A stretch of DNA of 34,327 bases from an uncultured Candidatus Saccharibacteria bacterium (GCA_964441635.1 CAYTUZ010000001.1:1-34327); one strand, 5' to 3'; shown: positions 17,208 to 25,803, counted from the stretch's first letter. Notes: generated by a model not told the origin, from the letters alone. Translations and numbers: made by a program.

Positions 17208-17235
17208 TTTGTAATTCCTGTGTTACAATGAGACC

Positions 17236-17787
17236 ATGTCATTAGACTTAAAAGCATTCAAGAATCAGCTTGGTGGAGCCGAAGAATGGCTCAAAAAAGA
17301 GTTCCAGCAGATTCGAACCGGTCAAGCGAGTCCAGTCGTGTTGGACAGTGTCCGGGTGGAAATCTACGGCGCGCCTATGGCTGTGAAGGAAATCGCGAGC
17401 GTGACGCTCGAAGGTGCGAGGACTTTACGAATCGCACCTTGGGATAAGGCACAGGTCAAAGATATCGAAAAAGCGATTGGCGCTGCCAATCTGGGACTTT
17501 CGGTTGTGGTTGATGGCGAAGGTTTGCGGATAAATTTTTCCCAGCTGACGGAAGAGAGTCGCTTAGAGGTTGTTAAAATCGCCAAAGACAAGCTCGAAGA
17601 GGCACGAAAACAGGTTCGCTACAGCCGCGACGCTTTTCATAAAGAACTTCAGGTCAAAGAAAAAGAAGGTGGTCTTGGTAAAGACGAAATATTCCGACTG
17701 AAGAATGAAGTCCAAAAGATCGTGGACGAAGCGAATAAAAAGCTGGAAGAGGTGTGTGCGAAGAAAGAAAGAGAGATACTTAGTTAA
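17236..17787 (+). CDS. frr: ribosome recycling factor
   Basis: Full-length RRF pattern (LDSVRVEIYGAPMAVKEIASV, RIAPWD). TACAAT lies 6 nt upstream of the ATG. Confidence 0.92.
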   Translation: MSLDLKAFKNQLGGAEEWLKKEFQQIRTGQASPVVLDSVRVEIYGAPMAVKEIASVTLEGARTLRIAPWDKAQVKDIEKAIGAANLGLSVVVDGEGLRINFSQLTEESRLEVVKIAKDKLEEARKQVRYSRDAFHKELQVKEKEGGLGKDEIFRLKNEVQKIVDEANKKLEEVCAKKEREILS

Positions 17788-17804
17788 TAACCAATAATCA
17801 AGAT

Positions 17805-17880
17805 CCAATAACCAAGGAATAACCAATAACCAACCACGAATATTTGTTAACTTGATTATTGGTTATTCCTTGGTTATTGG
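17805..17880. repeat. 25-bp perfect inverted repeat (CCAATAACCAAGGAATAACCAATAA) with a 26-nt loop, embedded in CCAATAA word repeats
   Basis: 17805-17829 is the exact reverse complement of 17856-17880. Flanking words extend the similarity to about 17785-17900. Confidence 0.85.
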
Positions 17881-17908
17881 TGTTTGGTTATTGATTATTA
17901 AATTATTT

Positions 17909-19048
17909 ATGTCAGGAATTATTACAGCATTAATCTTTATAATAGTTCTCGCGGTCTTGATCTTCGTGCACGAGCTCGGCCATTTTTTGTTCGCCAAAGC
18001 GAGCGGCATCCGTGTTGACGCTTTTGCGATCGGCTTTGGGCCCAAGCTCATCTCTTGGCAGAGGAAGGAAACCAAATATTCCATAAACATCATTCCTTTT
18101 GGCGGCTACGTGAAGATTTTTGGCGAAAATCCTGACGATGAATCCATTTCTGGACCGGGATCGGAGAGAAGTTTTGTGAATAAGCCTAGGTGGCAGCAGG
18201 CACTTGTCTTGGTTGCTGGAGTTTTGTTCAACTTTATTTTTGCTTGGCTACTTTATATTGGAATATTTACTCATGGTGTGACCGCGACCACAGACGGCTT
18301 CGAAAAATACGCCAATGATTTTAGCAATCAAAGAATCATGATTACTGATGTTTTGCCCGGTTCACCGGCGGAGAAAGCAGGAATAAAAACCGGCGATATC
18401 ATAAAGGCAGTCGTTGTCGAAGATGAAAGACCTGCTGCTGTGAATAAAAATGTTTTATTGCCGCAATCTGTTGAAGCTATACAAAATAGTATCAATTCAG
18501 CAAATGGCATGCCAATCTCTTTTGAATACACTCGTGGTTCCGGACAAGCTGTGTCTACGGAAATTACACCCGAAACCGGTTTGGTTTCTGGCAAATACGC
18601 TATCGGCATTGCTATGAATAATGTGGTGGATCTCCGGTTACCATTTTTCTCGGCAGTTTATGAAGGCGGCCACTACACGTGCGTCATGATCAAAGACACA
18701 GCGGTTGGCTTGTACACATTCATAGCAAATATTTTCCAAGGCACGGCTAATTTTTCTGATGTTGCTGGTCCTGTCGGTATTGCTGGCATCGTGGGAAATG
18801 CTGCGGAACTAGGCTTCACATATCTCCTCATGATCACCGCGCTTATTTCCATAAACTTAGGTGTAGTCAACCTGATTCCTTTTCCTGCGCTAGACGGCGG
18901 CCGCGTACTATTCGTGATTATCGAATCAATCACTCGCCGCCGGATTTCGCCAAAGTTTTCCAACACTGTAAATGCCGTAGGATTTGTCCTACTAATGGTG
19001 CTCATGGTCGCGGTGACTTATAAAGATATCGCCAAACTGATCAAATGA
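17909..19048 (+). CDS. rseP: RIP metalloprotease RseP (site-2 protease, M50 with PDZ)
   Basis: HELGHFLFA zinc motif about 20 aa from the chosen ATG. PDZ-like GSPAEKAGIKTGDII. NLIPFPALDGG motif. Confidence 0.88.
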   Translation: MSGIITALIFIIVLAVLIFVHELGHFLFAKASGIRVDAFAIGFGPKLISWQRKETKYSINIIPFGGYVKIFGENPDDESISGPGSERSFVNKPRWQQALVLVAGVLFNFIFAWLLYIGIFTHGVTATTDGFEKYANDFSNQRIMITDVLPGSPAEKAGIKTGDIIKAVVVEDERPAAVNKNVLLPQSVEAIQNSINSANGMPISFEYTRGSGQAVSTEITPETGLVSGKYAIGIAMNNVVDLRLPFFSAVYEGGHYTCVMIKDTAVGLYTFIANIFQGTANFSDVAGPVGIAGIVGNAAELGFTYLLMITALISINLGVVNLIPFPALDGGRVLFVIIESITRRRISPKFSNTVNAVGFVLLMVLMVAVTYKDIAKLIK

Positions 19049-19050
19049 GG

Positions 19051-19149
19051 CTACTTTTTCAGATTATCCTTATCGCTTAGTCGTGCATAATTAAGTAGTA
19101 AAAGAATACACAAAAGTAATATTCCTACCATGATGTAAACTTCTATCAT
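19051..19149 (-). CDS. possible 32-aa hydrophobic peptide
   Basis: MIEVYIMVGILLLCILLLLNYARLSDKDNLKK. Its ATG overlaps the stop of the upstream 67-aa ORF (ATGA). Confidence 0.25.
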   Translation of the reverse strand: MIEVYIMVGILLLCILLLLNYARLSDKDNLKK

Positions 19150-19349
19150 AGTAATTTTATTTTCCTTAAAATTATAATGCTCATCGACCAAAAAAGTATA
19201 GAGAGAGAAATGCCTGAAAATATTGATATTAAACTAATCTTATCTTTGACAAAAGATTCAATAAAAAGAGACGCGAAGCATACTTGAGCAATTTCCTCGC
19301 TAATTCCAGCAAATGTTTTTGTTTCAACAATCGTCTTAATTTTCAGCAT
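19146..19349 (-). CDS. possible 67-aa protein with a hydrophobic C-terminal half
   Basis: ORF in an AT-rich spacer between rseP and proS. No homology recognised. Confidence 0.25.
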   Translation of the reverse strand: MLKIKTIVETKTFAGISEEIAQVCFASLFIESFVKDKISLISIFSGISLSILFWSMSIIILRKIKLL

Positions 19350-19475
19350 TGCTTAATTATACAAAAAACTTTTTGGTTTTGTAAACTTCACAATGCCAAA
19401 AATTTATTTTGTACTGCAAAAAATGCTCACATAACACTCATTGTGCTCGATTATAAAGTTTTGTATTATTGTGAG

Positions 19476-20711
19476 ATGAAACAATCCGAGCTTTTCACCA
19501 AGACTCGCCGCGAAGCGCCCAAGGACGAAGTCGCGAAGAATGCCCATCTCCTTATTCGTGCCGGTTTTATTCACAAAGAAATGGCGGGTGTTTACTCGTA
19601 TTTGCCTTTGGGTTTGCGTGTACTCAATAAGATTGTTGGAATAATCCGCGAGGAGATGAATGCAATTGGTGGCCAAGAATTGTTGCTCTCCGCATTGCAA
19701 AACAAGGAAACTTGGGAAAAAACCAATCGCTGGGATGATAAGATTGTCGACATTTGGTTCAAGACATCTCTCAAAAATGGCGCAGAAGTCGGCCTAGCTT
19801 TCACCCACGAAGAAGCGCTGACCGCCATGATGAAAGACCACATTCGTTCGTTCAGAGATTTGCCTTTTTCGGTTTACCAATTCCAGACCAAATTCCGGAA
19901 TGAACAAAGAGCGAAGTCCGGCATTTTGCGTGGCAGGGAATTCCTGATGAAAGATATGTATTCTTTTTCGAGGAGTGCCGAAGAACAAGCGGCTTTTTAT
20001 GAAAAGGCTAAATCTGCATATGTGAAGATTTTTGATCGGCTGGGAATCGGCGGTGAAACCTATATCACTTTTGCAAGCGGTGGTTCGTTTTCAAAATTCT
20101 CGCACGAATTCCAAACAGTCTGCGAAGCTGGCGAAGATATTATTTATGTAAGCGAAAAAAAGAAGATTGCCGTCAATAAGGAAGTATTGAATGAAGAAGT
20201 CTTAAAAGAACTCGGCGTACAGAGGTCGGACCTCTGTGAGAAAAAAGCTATCGAAGTTGGAAACATTTTCACGCTGGGCACGCGTTTTTCTGAAGCAATT
20301 GGTCTCAATTTCAAAGATGAAGATGGCAAATCACAACCGGTCTTCATGGGCAGTTATGGCATTGGTACCGGACGAGCGATGGGAACTGTTGTCGAGATTC
20401 ATTCTGATGAAAAAGGAATTATATGGCCAGAAGCAGTTGCACCGTTCGCTATTCACCTTATCGGAATATTTAGTGAAGATGGCAAGGTGAAGAAGGCGGC
20501 AGATGAACTCTATCAAAAACTGACCAAAAAAGGCGTTGAAGTTCTCTACGACGACCGCGATACTGGCGCTGGCGAAAAATTCTCGGACTCGGATCTCATC
20601 GGTATTCCAAAGAGAATAATTGTAAGTGAAAAGACTCTTGCTAGCAATTCTGTGGAAGTTAAAGATCGCGCAACAGGGAAGGTAGAGATGAAAGAGATAA
20701 ATAATTTGTGA
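19476..20711 (+). CDS. proS: prolyl-tRNA synthetase, short bacterial type without the large INS editing domain
   Basis: MKQSELFTKTRREAPKDEV...LIRAGFI N-terminus. Motif 2 is FRNEQRAKSGILRGREF. Motif 3 is GSYGIGTGRAMG. 411 aa. Confidence 0.9.
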   Translation: MKQSELFTKTRREAPKDEVAKNAHLLIRAGFIHKEMAGVYSYLPLGLRVLNKIVGIIREEMNAIGGQELLLSALQNKETWEKTNRWDDKIVDIWFKTSLKNGAEVGLAFTHEEALTAMMKDHIRSFRDLPFSVYQFQTKFRNEQRAKSGILRGREFLMKDMYSFSRSAEEQAAFYEKAKSAYVKIFDRLGIGGETYITFASGGSFSKFSHEFQTVCEAGEDIIYVSEKKKIAVNKEVLNEEVLKELGVQRSDLCEKKAIEVGNIFTLGTRFSEAIGLNFKDEDGKSQPVFMGSYGIGTGRAMGTVVEIHSDEKGIIWPEAVAPFAIHLIGIFSEDGKVKKAADELYQKLTKKGVEVLYDDRDTGAGEKFSDSDLIGIPKRIIVSEKTLASNSVEVKDRATGKVEMKEINNL

Positions 20712-20806
20712 AGCAATAATTTCTAGCGGAAACCATCTGCTAAAAAGTAATAGTTGATGTTACTTGTCAATTACTACTATTTTTTCTTTGTGTTAATGTA
20801 TGAGTC

Positions 20807-21862
20807 ATGTTCAGAGAGAAAAAAGAGCAACTACTTTCGCGATTTTCGAACGATATTGGCATTGATCTCGGCACGGCCAACACTCTCGTCTATGTCCGCG
20901 GCAAAGGTATCGTAGTGAACGAGCCGTCGGTCGTTGCTGTGAACCAGAAGACTGGCCAAGTCGTCGCTTTTGGTTCTGCTGCCAAGGAAATGCTCGGCCG
21001 CACGCCCATGCACATAGTAGCTGTCCGCCCTTTGGTCGATGGTGTGATTTCCGACTTTGAAGTGACCGAAGAAATGCTTACTTATCTCATGAAGAAGGCT
21101 AGCGAATTTATGCCCAAAAAACTTTTCGGGCCGCGAGTGGTTGTGGGCGTACCCTCGGGGGTAACCAATGTCGAAGTTCGCGCCGTCCGCGATGCGACCA
21201 AAAACGCCGGCGCTCGCGAGGTTTACGTCATCGAACAACCCATGGCTGGCGCGATCGGTATCCGATTGCCGATCCATGAACCTGTAGGCAGTATGGTCAT
21301 CGATATCGGCGGTGGCACGACTGACATCGCAGTGATTTCATTGGGTGGCATTGTCCGCTCCAAGAATTTGAAAATTGCTGGAGACAAATTTAATAATGAC
21401 ATCATTTCTTATATCAGGAATGAATTCAAAATCCTGATCGGAGAAACTACAGCAGAACAAGTCAAGATAGCAGTTGGCGTGGTTCTTCCGAGCGAGCCGG
21501 TCGAGACCACCATTCGCGGCCGCGATCTCATCACTGGTTTGCCGCGCGAGGTTGTCATAACCGATTCTGATATCCGCGAAGCTATGGCGCAGTCGATCGA
21601 GACTATAGTCGAGTCCACGCGTTTGGTCTTGGAAACAACACCGCCGGAAATTCTGGCCGATATCATGAAGCGTGGTATTTTTCTAGTCGGCGGCGGTGCT
21701 CTCATAAAAGGCTTGGATACGCTCCTTATTGAGACCTTGAATATTCCGGTCGCGGTCGCCGATGATCCGCTGACAGCCATTGCTCGCGGTGCTGGCATCG
21801 TGCTCGAAGATCTAGACAAATACCGGAGCGTGCTCCTAGACAGCGATGATGTACATAGTTAA
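20807..21862 (+). CDS. mreB: rod shape-determining protein MreB (paralogue 2, in the mreBCD-PBP2 operon)
   Basis: GIDLGTANT, DIGGGTTDIAV and LVGGGALIKGL motifs. Confidence 0.92.
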   Translation: MFREKKEQLLSRFSNDIGIDLGTANTLVYVRGKGIVVNEPSVVAVNQKTGQVVAFGSAAKEMLGRTPMHIVAVRPLVDGVISDFEVTEEMLTYLMKKASEFMPKKLFGPRVVVGVPSGVTNVEVRAVRDATKNAGAREVYVIEQPMAGAIGIRLPIHEPVGSMVIDIGGGTTDIAVISLGGIVRSKNLKIAGDKFNNDIISYIRNEFKILIGETTAEQVKIAVGVVLPSEPVETTIRGRDLITGLPREVVITDSDIREAMAQSIETIVESTRLVLETTPPEILADIMKRGIFLVGGGALIKGLDTLLIETLNIPVAVADDPLTAIARGAGIVLEDLDKYRSVLLDSDDVHS

Positions 21863-22688
21863 ATCTCAAAACTCAAGTTTCAAATCTAAAAAAGGAGGCG
21901 TAATTTTTGTAATCATAATTTTTGCAGTAGTTGCTACCCTCGAGGCTTTTTGGCCGCATTTTTTGCCAGCCTTGGCGACAAGCATAGCGAGTCCATTTTG
22001 GCGTGCGGAATTTTCGATTGAAAGCGGATCGCTCGAGTCGCCGCAACAATTACTCGCGGAAAATGAAAGTTTGAAGCGCCAAATTGATCAATTAAAATTA
22101 AATTCAGCAGACATACAAGCGGTGGTCTTGGAAAATACGGAGCTGAAGTCGCTTTTGGGCAGGAATGTTCCGGACGAGATCGCTTCATCGTCGAGTTCGA
22201 CGAATGCTATCACACAAAATTCTATTGCGAAAAATCGCGTCCTCGCTCCAGTCTTGATTCGGCCACCGTTTGCGCCTTATGACGAATACATTATCGACGG
22301 CGGTGCGAACTTGGGCTTTTCTATAGGTGATCGTGTCTTTGCTTCGGAAAATGTTCCGATCGGCTCGATCGCGGCCGTACTTGCCAATACTTCCAGAGTG
22401 ACTTTGTATTCTTCACCCGGCCAGTCGTACCAAGTTTTGGTTGGTCCAGCTAGTATTATTGCTACGGCACTCGGCCGTGGTGGCGGACAATATTCTGCCG
22501 AAGTTCCGCGGTCGGCCAATATCACAAGTGGCGACTTCGTAATCGCACCTTCATTGTACGACCAACCATTTGGCATCGTGAAAGCAGTAATAAGCGATCC
22601 TTCGCAACCTTTTCAGACAGTGCTATTTGCGCCACCGGTGAACCCGTTCCAAGCTCGCTGGGTTTTGGTTGAGAAAACAAAGATCTAA
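21846..22688 (+). CDS. mreC: rod shape-determining protein MreC
   Basis: N-terminal TM helix, a coiled coil (LLAENESLKRQIDQLK), then a beta-rich domain. Positioned after mreB. Confidence 0.8.
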   Translation: MMYIVKSQNSSFKSKKGGVIFVIIIFAVVATLEAFWPHFLPALATSIASPFWRAEFSIESGSLESPQQLLAENESLKRQIDQLKLNSADIQAVVLENTELKSLLGRNVPDEIASSSSSTNAITQNSIAKNRVLAPVLIRPPFAPYDEYIIDGGANLGFSIGDRVFASENVPIGSIAAVLANTSRVTLYSSPGQSYQVLVGPASIIATALGRGGGQYSAEVPRSANITSGDFVIAPSLYDQPFGIVKAVISDPSQPFQTVLFAPPVNPFQARWVLVEKTKI

Positions 22689-22696
22689 TTGATCAA

Positions 22697-22963
22697 ATGA
22701 ATAAATCCATATATTACAGAATCACTTTGGACTTGGCGATTTTCTTTGCAGTTATTCACGGCTTTTGGTTTTTGGCTTTCCCAATCGCATTTGTCGGTGT
22801 TTTTGTATTTCCATACTATTTCGAACTGTTTGTTGCCGGCTTGGCGTACGACGCGCTATTTGGCATGAGCAAATCTCTTGGAATTGTGAGTTATGTCGGC
22901 ACGATCGCATCAGGCGCACTATTTCTAATCGTTCAATTTTTCAAAAACATAGTTAGGCATTGA
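22697..22963 (+). CDS. mreD: short MreD-like membrane protein
   Basis: 88 aa with 3 hydrophobic helices. Called mainly from its position between mreC and PBP2. Confidence 0.5.
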   Translation: MNKSIYYRITLDLAIFFAVIHGFWFLAFPIAFVGVFVFPYYFELFVAGLAYDALFGMSKSLGIVSYVGTIASGALFLIVQFFKNIVRH

Positions 22964-24705
22964 GTGCTGTGATACAATTCCCGCGTATGAATATTCCGTT
23001 TTTCAATATTAAAAAGAAAAAATACATCGAGATTAACCCCGATGAAATCTTGTTGGACTCTCGCAACTTGCCGGAATTCGACACGGCCCAATTTGAAGGC
23101 CGGTTGGAAAAACCGATTTCCATGGCGTCGATTTATTGGATCACTGTAATTTTGACTGTTATTGTCGTGGCATTTACTGTGCAAGTCTGGAAGCTTCAGA
23201 TCGTCGATGGTGCGAATTATCTCGCGCGCAGCGAAAAAAATATGTTGCGGCCAGTGCCGATCTTTGCTGGCAGGGGCGTGATCTATGATCGCAATGGAAT
23301 ACTTTTGGTTTGGAATTCGCCGGGCGAGTTTGCAACTTCGACGGCTAGTTCCACAAATTCCGAAGATACGGTTTCACGCCGCGAATATGCGACGACGACA
23401 GGTCTTGCGCATGTTTTGGGCTATGTTCAATATCCGTCAAAAGATAACAATGGTTTTTATTATCAAGAAGATTTTCAAGGTGTTGATGGTGTGGAGCAAT
23501 ATTACAATCTAGATTTGCAAGGCAAGAATGGTTCTAGACTGGTCGAAGTAGATGCGCAGGGAAAAGCGGTTTCCGAAAATGTTATTCGTCCGCCGGAACA
23601 AGGAGATAGTTTGTCACTTTCCATAGATAGCCGCATCCAATCTTCGCTGTACAATAATATAAAAGATATTGCCGAAAGAGTCGGCTTCTCCGGCGGCGCA
23701 GGTGTCATTATGGACGTGCACACTGGTGAAGTTATCGCCATGACCAGCTATCCAGAATTTAGCTCGCAGGTAATGTCTGACAGGACCGATACAGCTGCAG
23801 TCAAAGCTTCGCTCAATGATCCTGCTTTGCCTTTTCTCGATCGTGCCGCAGACGGCCTCTATACGCCGGGTTCGATCGTAAAACCCTATCTAGCCCTCGG
23901 CGCACTCACCGAAGGCACAATGGATCCGAACAAGATCATTCACACTACTGGTTCGATTTCCATTCCCAATCCTTACGATCCAACCAAGAGTACAGTTTTT
24001 CGCGATTGGAAAAATTTGGGCGATCTCGACTTGCGCCATGCCATAGCGATGTCTTCTGACGCCTATTTTTATACTTTGGGCGGCGGTTATGGCGACCAAA
24101 AGGGTTTGGGCATCGCTAATATCGACAAATATTTGCGCATGTTCGGCTTTGGTTCATCAACTCTACCTTCGTTTGTTGCAGGAAAGGCCGGCACTATTCC
24201 CACGCCGGAATGGAAAAAGAAAACCTTCAATGAAAGCTGGTATTTGGGCGATACTTACCACACTTCGATCGGCCAATATGGCTTCCAAGTGACGCCGGTC
24301 CAAATCGTGCGCGGCGTTGCTGCGATTGCAAACGGCGGAACCTTGCTCACGCCTTCGATCTTGAAAGATGAAATGCTGCCGATCGATCACGTTATCGATA
24401 TTCCAGAGAAAAATTTTGAAATTGTCCGCGAAGGTATGCGACTAGGCGTACAGATCGGCACTAGTGTGGCCTTGAATGTTCCTTATGCCGATTTTGCGGG
24501 GAAGTCGGGAACTGCGGAACTGGGTGTCTCGAAAGAAAAAGTAAATTCTTGGATCACGGGTTTTTGGCCTTACGAGAATCCGAAATACGCTTTTGCAGTG
24601 ACTCTAGAAAAAGGTTCGGTGCACAACCTGATCGGCGCGGCTGCGGCAATGCGGCAGGAGCTAGATTGGATGAGCAAGAATACGCCGGAGTATTTTAGTA
24701 AATAA
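22960..24705 (+). CDS. mrdA: penicillin-binding protein 2 (elongation transpeptidase)
   Basis: SIVK (SxxK), SSD (SxN-like) and KSGTAE (KTG-like) motifs, plus an N-terminal TM anchor. The start is either the TTG at 22960 overlapping the mreD stop, or the ATG at 22987. Confidence 0.88.
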   Translation: MSAVIQFPRMNIPFFNIKKKKYIEINPDEILLDSRNLPEFDTAQFEGRLEKPISMASIYWITVILTVIVVAFTVQVWKLQIVDGANYLARSEKNMLRPVPIFAGRGVIYDRNGILLVWNSPGEFATSTASSTNSEDTVSRREYATTTGLAHVLGYVQYPSKDNNGFYYQEDFQGVDGVEQYYNLDLQGKNGSRLVEVDAQGKAVSENVIRPPEQGDSLSLSIDSRIQSSLYNNIKDIAERVGFSGGAGVIMDVHTGEVIAMTSYPEFSSQVMSDRTDTAAVKASLNDPALPFLDRAADGLYTPGSIVKPYLALGALTEGTMDPNKIIHTTGSISIPNPYDPTKSTVFRDWKNLGDLDLRHAIAMSSDAYFYTLGGGYGDQKGLGIANIDKYLRMFGFGSSTLPSFVAGKAGTIPTPEWKKKTFNESWYLGDTYHTSIGQYGFQVTPVQIVRGVAAIANGGTLLTPSILKDEMLPIDHVIDIPEKNFEIVREGMRLGVQIGTSVALNVPYADFAGKSGTAELGVSKEKVNSWITGFWPYENPKYAFAVTLEKGSVHNLIGAAAAMRQELDWMSKNTPEYFSK

Positions 24706-24724
24706 ATAGTTTTTGAATAAGTGC

Positions 24725-24910
24725 CCCGCCGTGCAAAAAGCAGGCAAGGTCTTTATTTCTGTCCTGCGAGTCGCCAACTCAGAACTACGGGCATTTTCAC
24801 AAAACATGTCCTACAAGGATTCGGACTAGTTTTGGAAAATGCAGCCGTAGTTCTGAGTGCGAGAGTCCTCGGACGGAAATAAAGACCTTGCCTGCTTTTT
24901 GCACGGCGGG
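24725..24910. repeat. 186-nt near-perfect hairpin. The outer 35 bp are perfect (24725-24759 vs 24876-24910), and the inner arms are imperfect.
   Basis: CCCGCCGTGCAAAAAGCAGGCAAGGTCTTTATTTC is the exact reverse complement of 24876-24910. The inner block CTCAGAACTACGG also pairs. Confidence 0.9.
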
Positions 24911-24930
24911 ATAGTTATCCACAGTTTTAT

Positions 24931-24960
24931 TTGACGGGTGAACACTCGTTCACCTATACT
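24931..24960 (+). promoter_or_regulatory. sigma70-like promoter (TTGACG-18-TATACT) with an embedded LexA/Cheo-type SOS box
   Basis: The spacer is the palindrome GGTGAAC-ACTC-GTTCACC, i.e. GAAC-N4-GTTC. The ATG at 24967 lies 6 nt after the -10. Confidence 0.7.
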
Positions 24961-24966
24961 ATACCC

Positions 24967-25170
24967 ATGAGCAAGTATCAGACAATAAAAGAAATGAGGT
25001 CTGAGATCGAACGCCTCAACAAAGTGATTGACTGGAAGATCATCCGCGGCCTTTCCTACACTGTCGAAGCTCGCCGCCACAAATTCCTCACATCTTCCTT
25101 GAACCGCCTTTCTCCGCGCTCTGGCTGGTTCTCTCGCTCTTTGAGCTTTGCCTCGATGTTTTTGTTCTAA
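24967..25170 (+). CDS. hypothetical 67-aa protein, first gene of the putative SOS operon
   Basis: MSKYQTIKEMRSEIERLNKVIDWKII...SGWFSRSLSFASMFLF. The head is predicted helical and the tail hydrophobic. The start was chosen from the promoter geometry. Confidence 0.5.
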   Translation: MSKYQTIKEMRSEIERLNKVIDWKIIRGLSYTVEARRHKFLTSSLNRLSPRSGWFSRSLSFASMFLF

Positions 25171-25196
25171 TCTCTAATCTCTAATCTCTAATCTTA
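25168..25196. repeat. tandem heptamer TAATCTC x3 plus TAATCTT
   Basis: Read directly. It fills the spacer between the 67-aa ORF and lexA. Confidence 0.9.
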
Positions 25197-25202
25197 AAAC
25201 CC

Positions 25203-25772
25203 ATGTTCGAAACTTACAAGAAAAAAATCCTAGATTTCTATAAAGACCACAAGCGCATGCCCGGTTATGCCGAGATCATGAAGCTGGTCGGATTCAAGTC
25301 CAAGAATGCTGTCGCCAAGCTTATAAAGAAACTTGTCGAGCAAGGTTTCGTAAACAAAGATTCCCAAGGCAAACTCATTCCCAACAAATTATTCGGCGAA
25401 GTTCCATTACTCGGTCTGGTCGAAGCGGGTTTTCCTTCTGCGGCAGAGGAGGAATTAGTGGATACCATGAGTCTGGATGATTACCTTATTGAGAATAAAG
25501 AAGCGACCTATTTGCTAGAAGTAAAAGGCGATTCGATGATAGATGCCGGCATCCAAGAAGGTGACTTGGTCATCGCCGAACGCATCGCTCGCGATCCCAA
25601 GGTGGGCGAGATCGTGATTGCCGAGGTCGACGGCGGCTGGACCATGAAGTATTTCCGGAAGCGCGGCAGTCAGGTCTATCTGGAGCCGGCGAATAAGAAT
25701 TACGACCTGATCTATCCCGAAAATGAACTCAAGGTCGCGGCGGTGGTTAAGGGGGTGGTGAGGAAGTATTAA
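25203..25772 (+). CDS. lexA: LexA repressor (S24 peptidase)
   Basis: N-terminal winged-helix region. Cleavage-site region LVEAGFPSAAEE. Catalytic GDSM and a Lys in WTMKYF. Confidence 0.9.
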   Translation: MFETYKKKILDFYKDHKRMPGYAEIMKLVGFKSKNAVAKLIKKLVEQGFVNKDSQGKLIPNKLFGEVPLLGLVEAGFPSAAEEELVDTMSLDDYLIENKEATYLLEVKGDSMIDAGIQEGDLVIAERIARDPKVGEIVIAEVDGGWTMKYFRKRGSQVYLEPANKNYDLIYPENELKVAAVVKGVVRKY

Positions 25773-25803
25773 AATATTAACCCACCACTCTTTCCCTCGC
25801 GCC

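Noticed and set aside
24807-24830. A 7-codon mini-ORF (MSYKDSD) in the apical loop of the 186-nt hairpin.
   Set aside because: It is too short, has no initiation signals, and is expected by chance.
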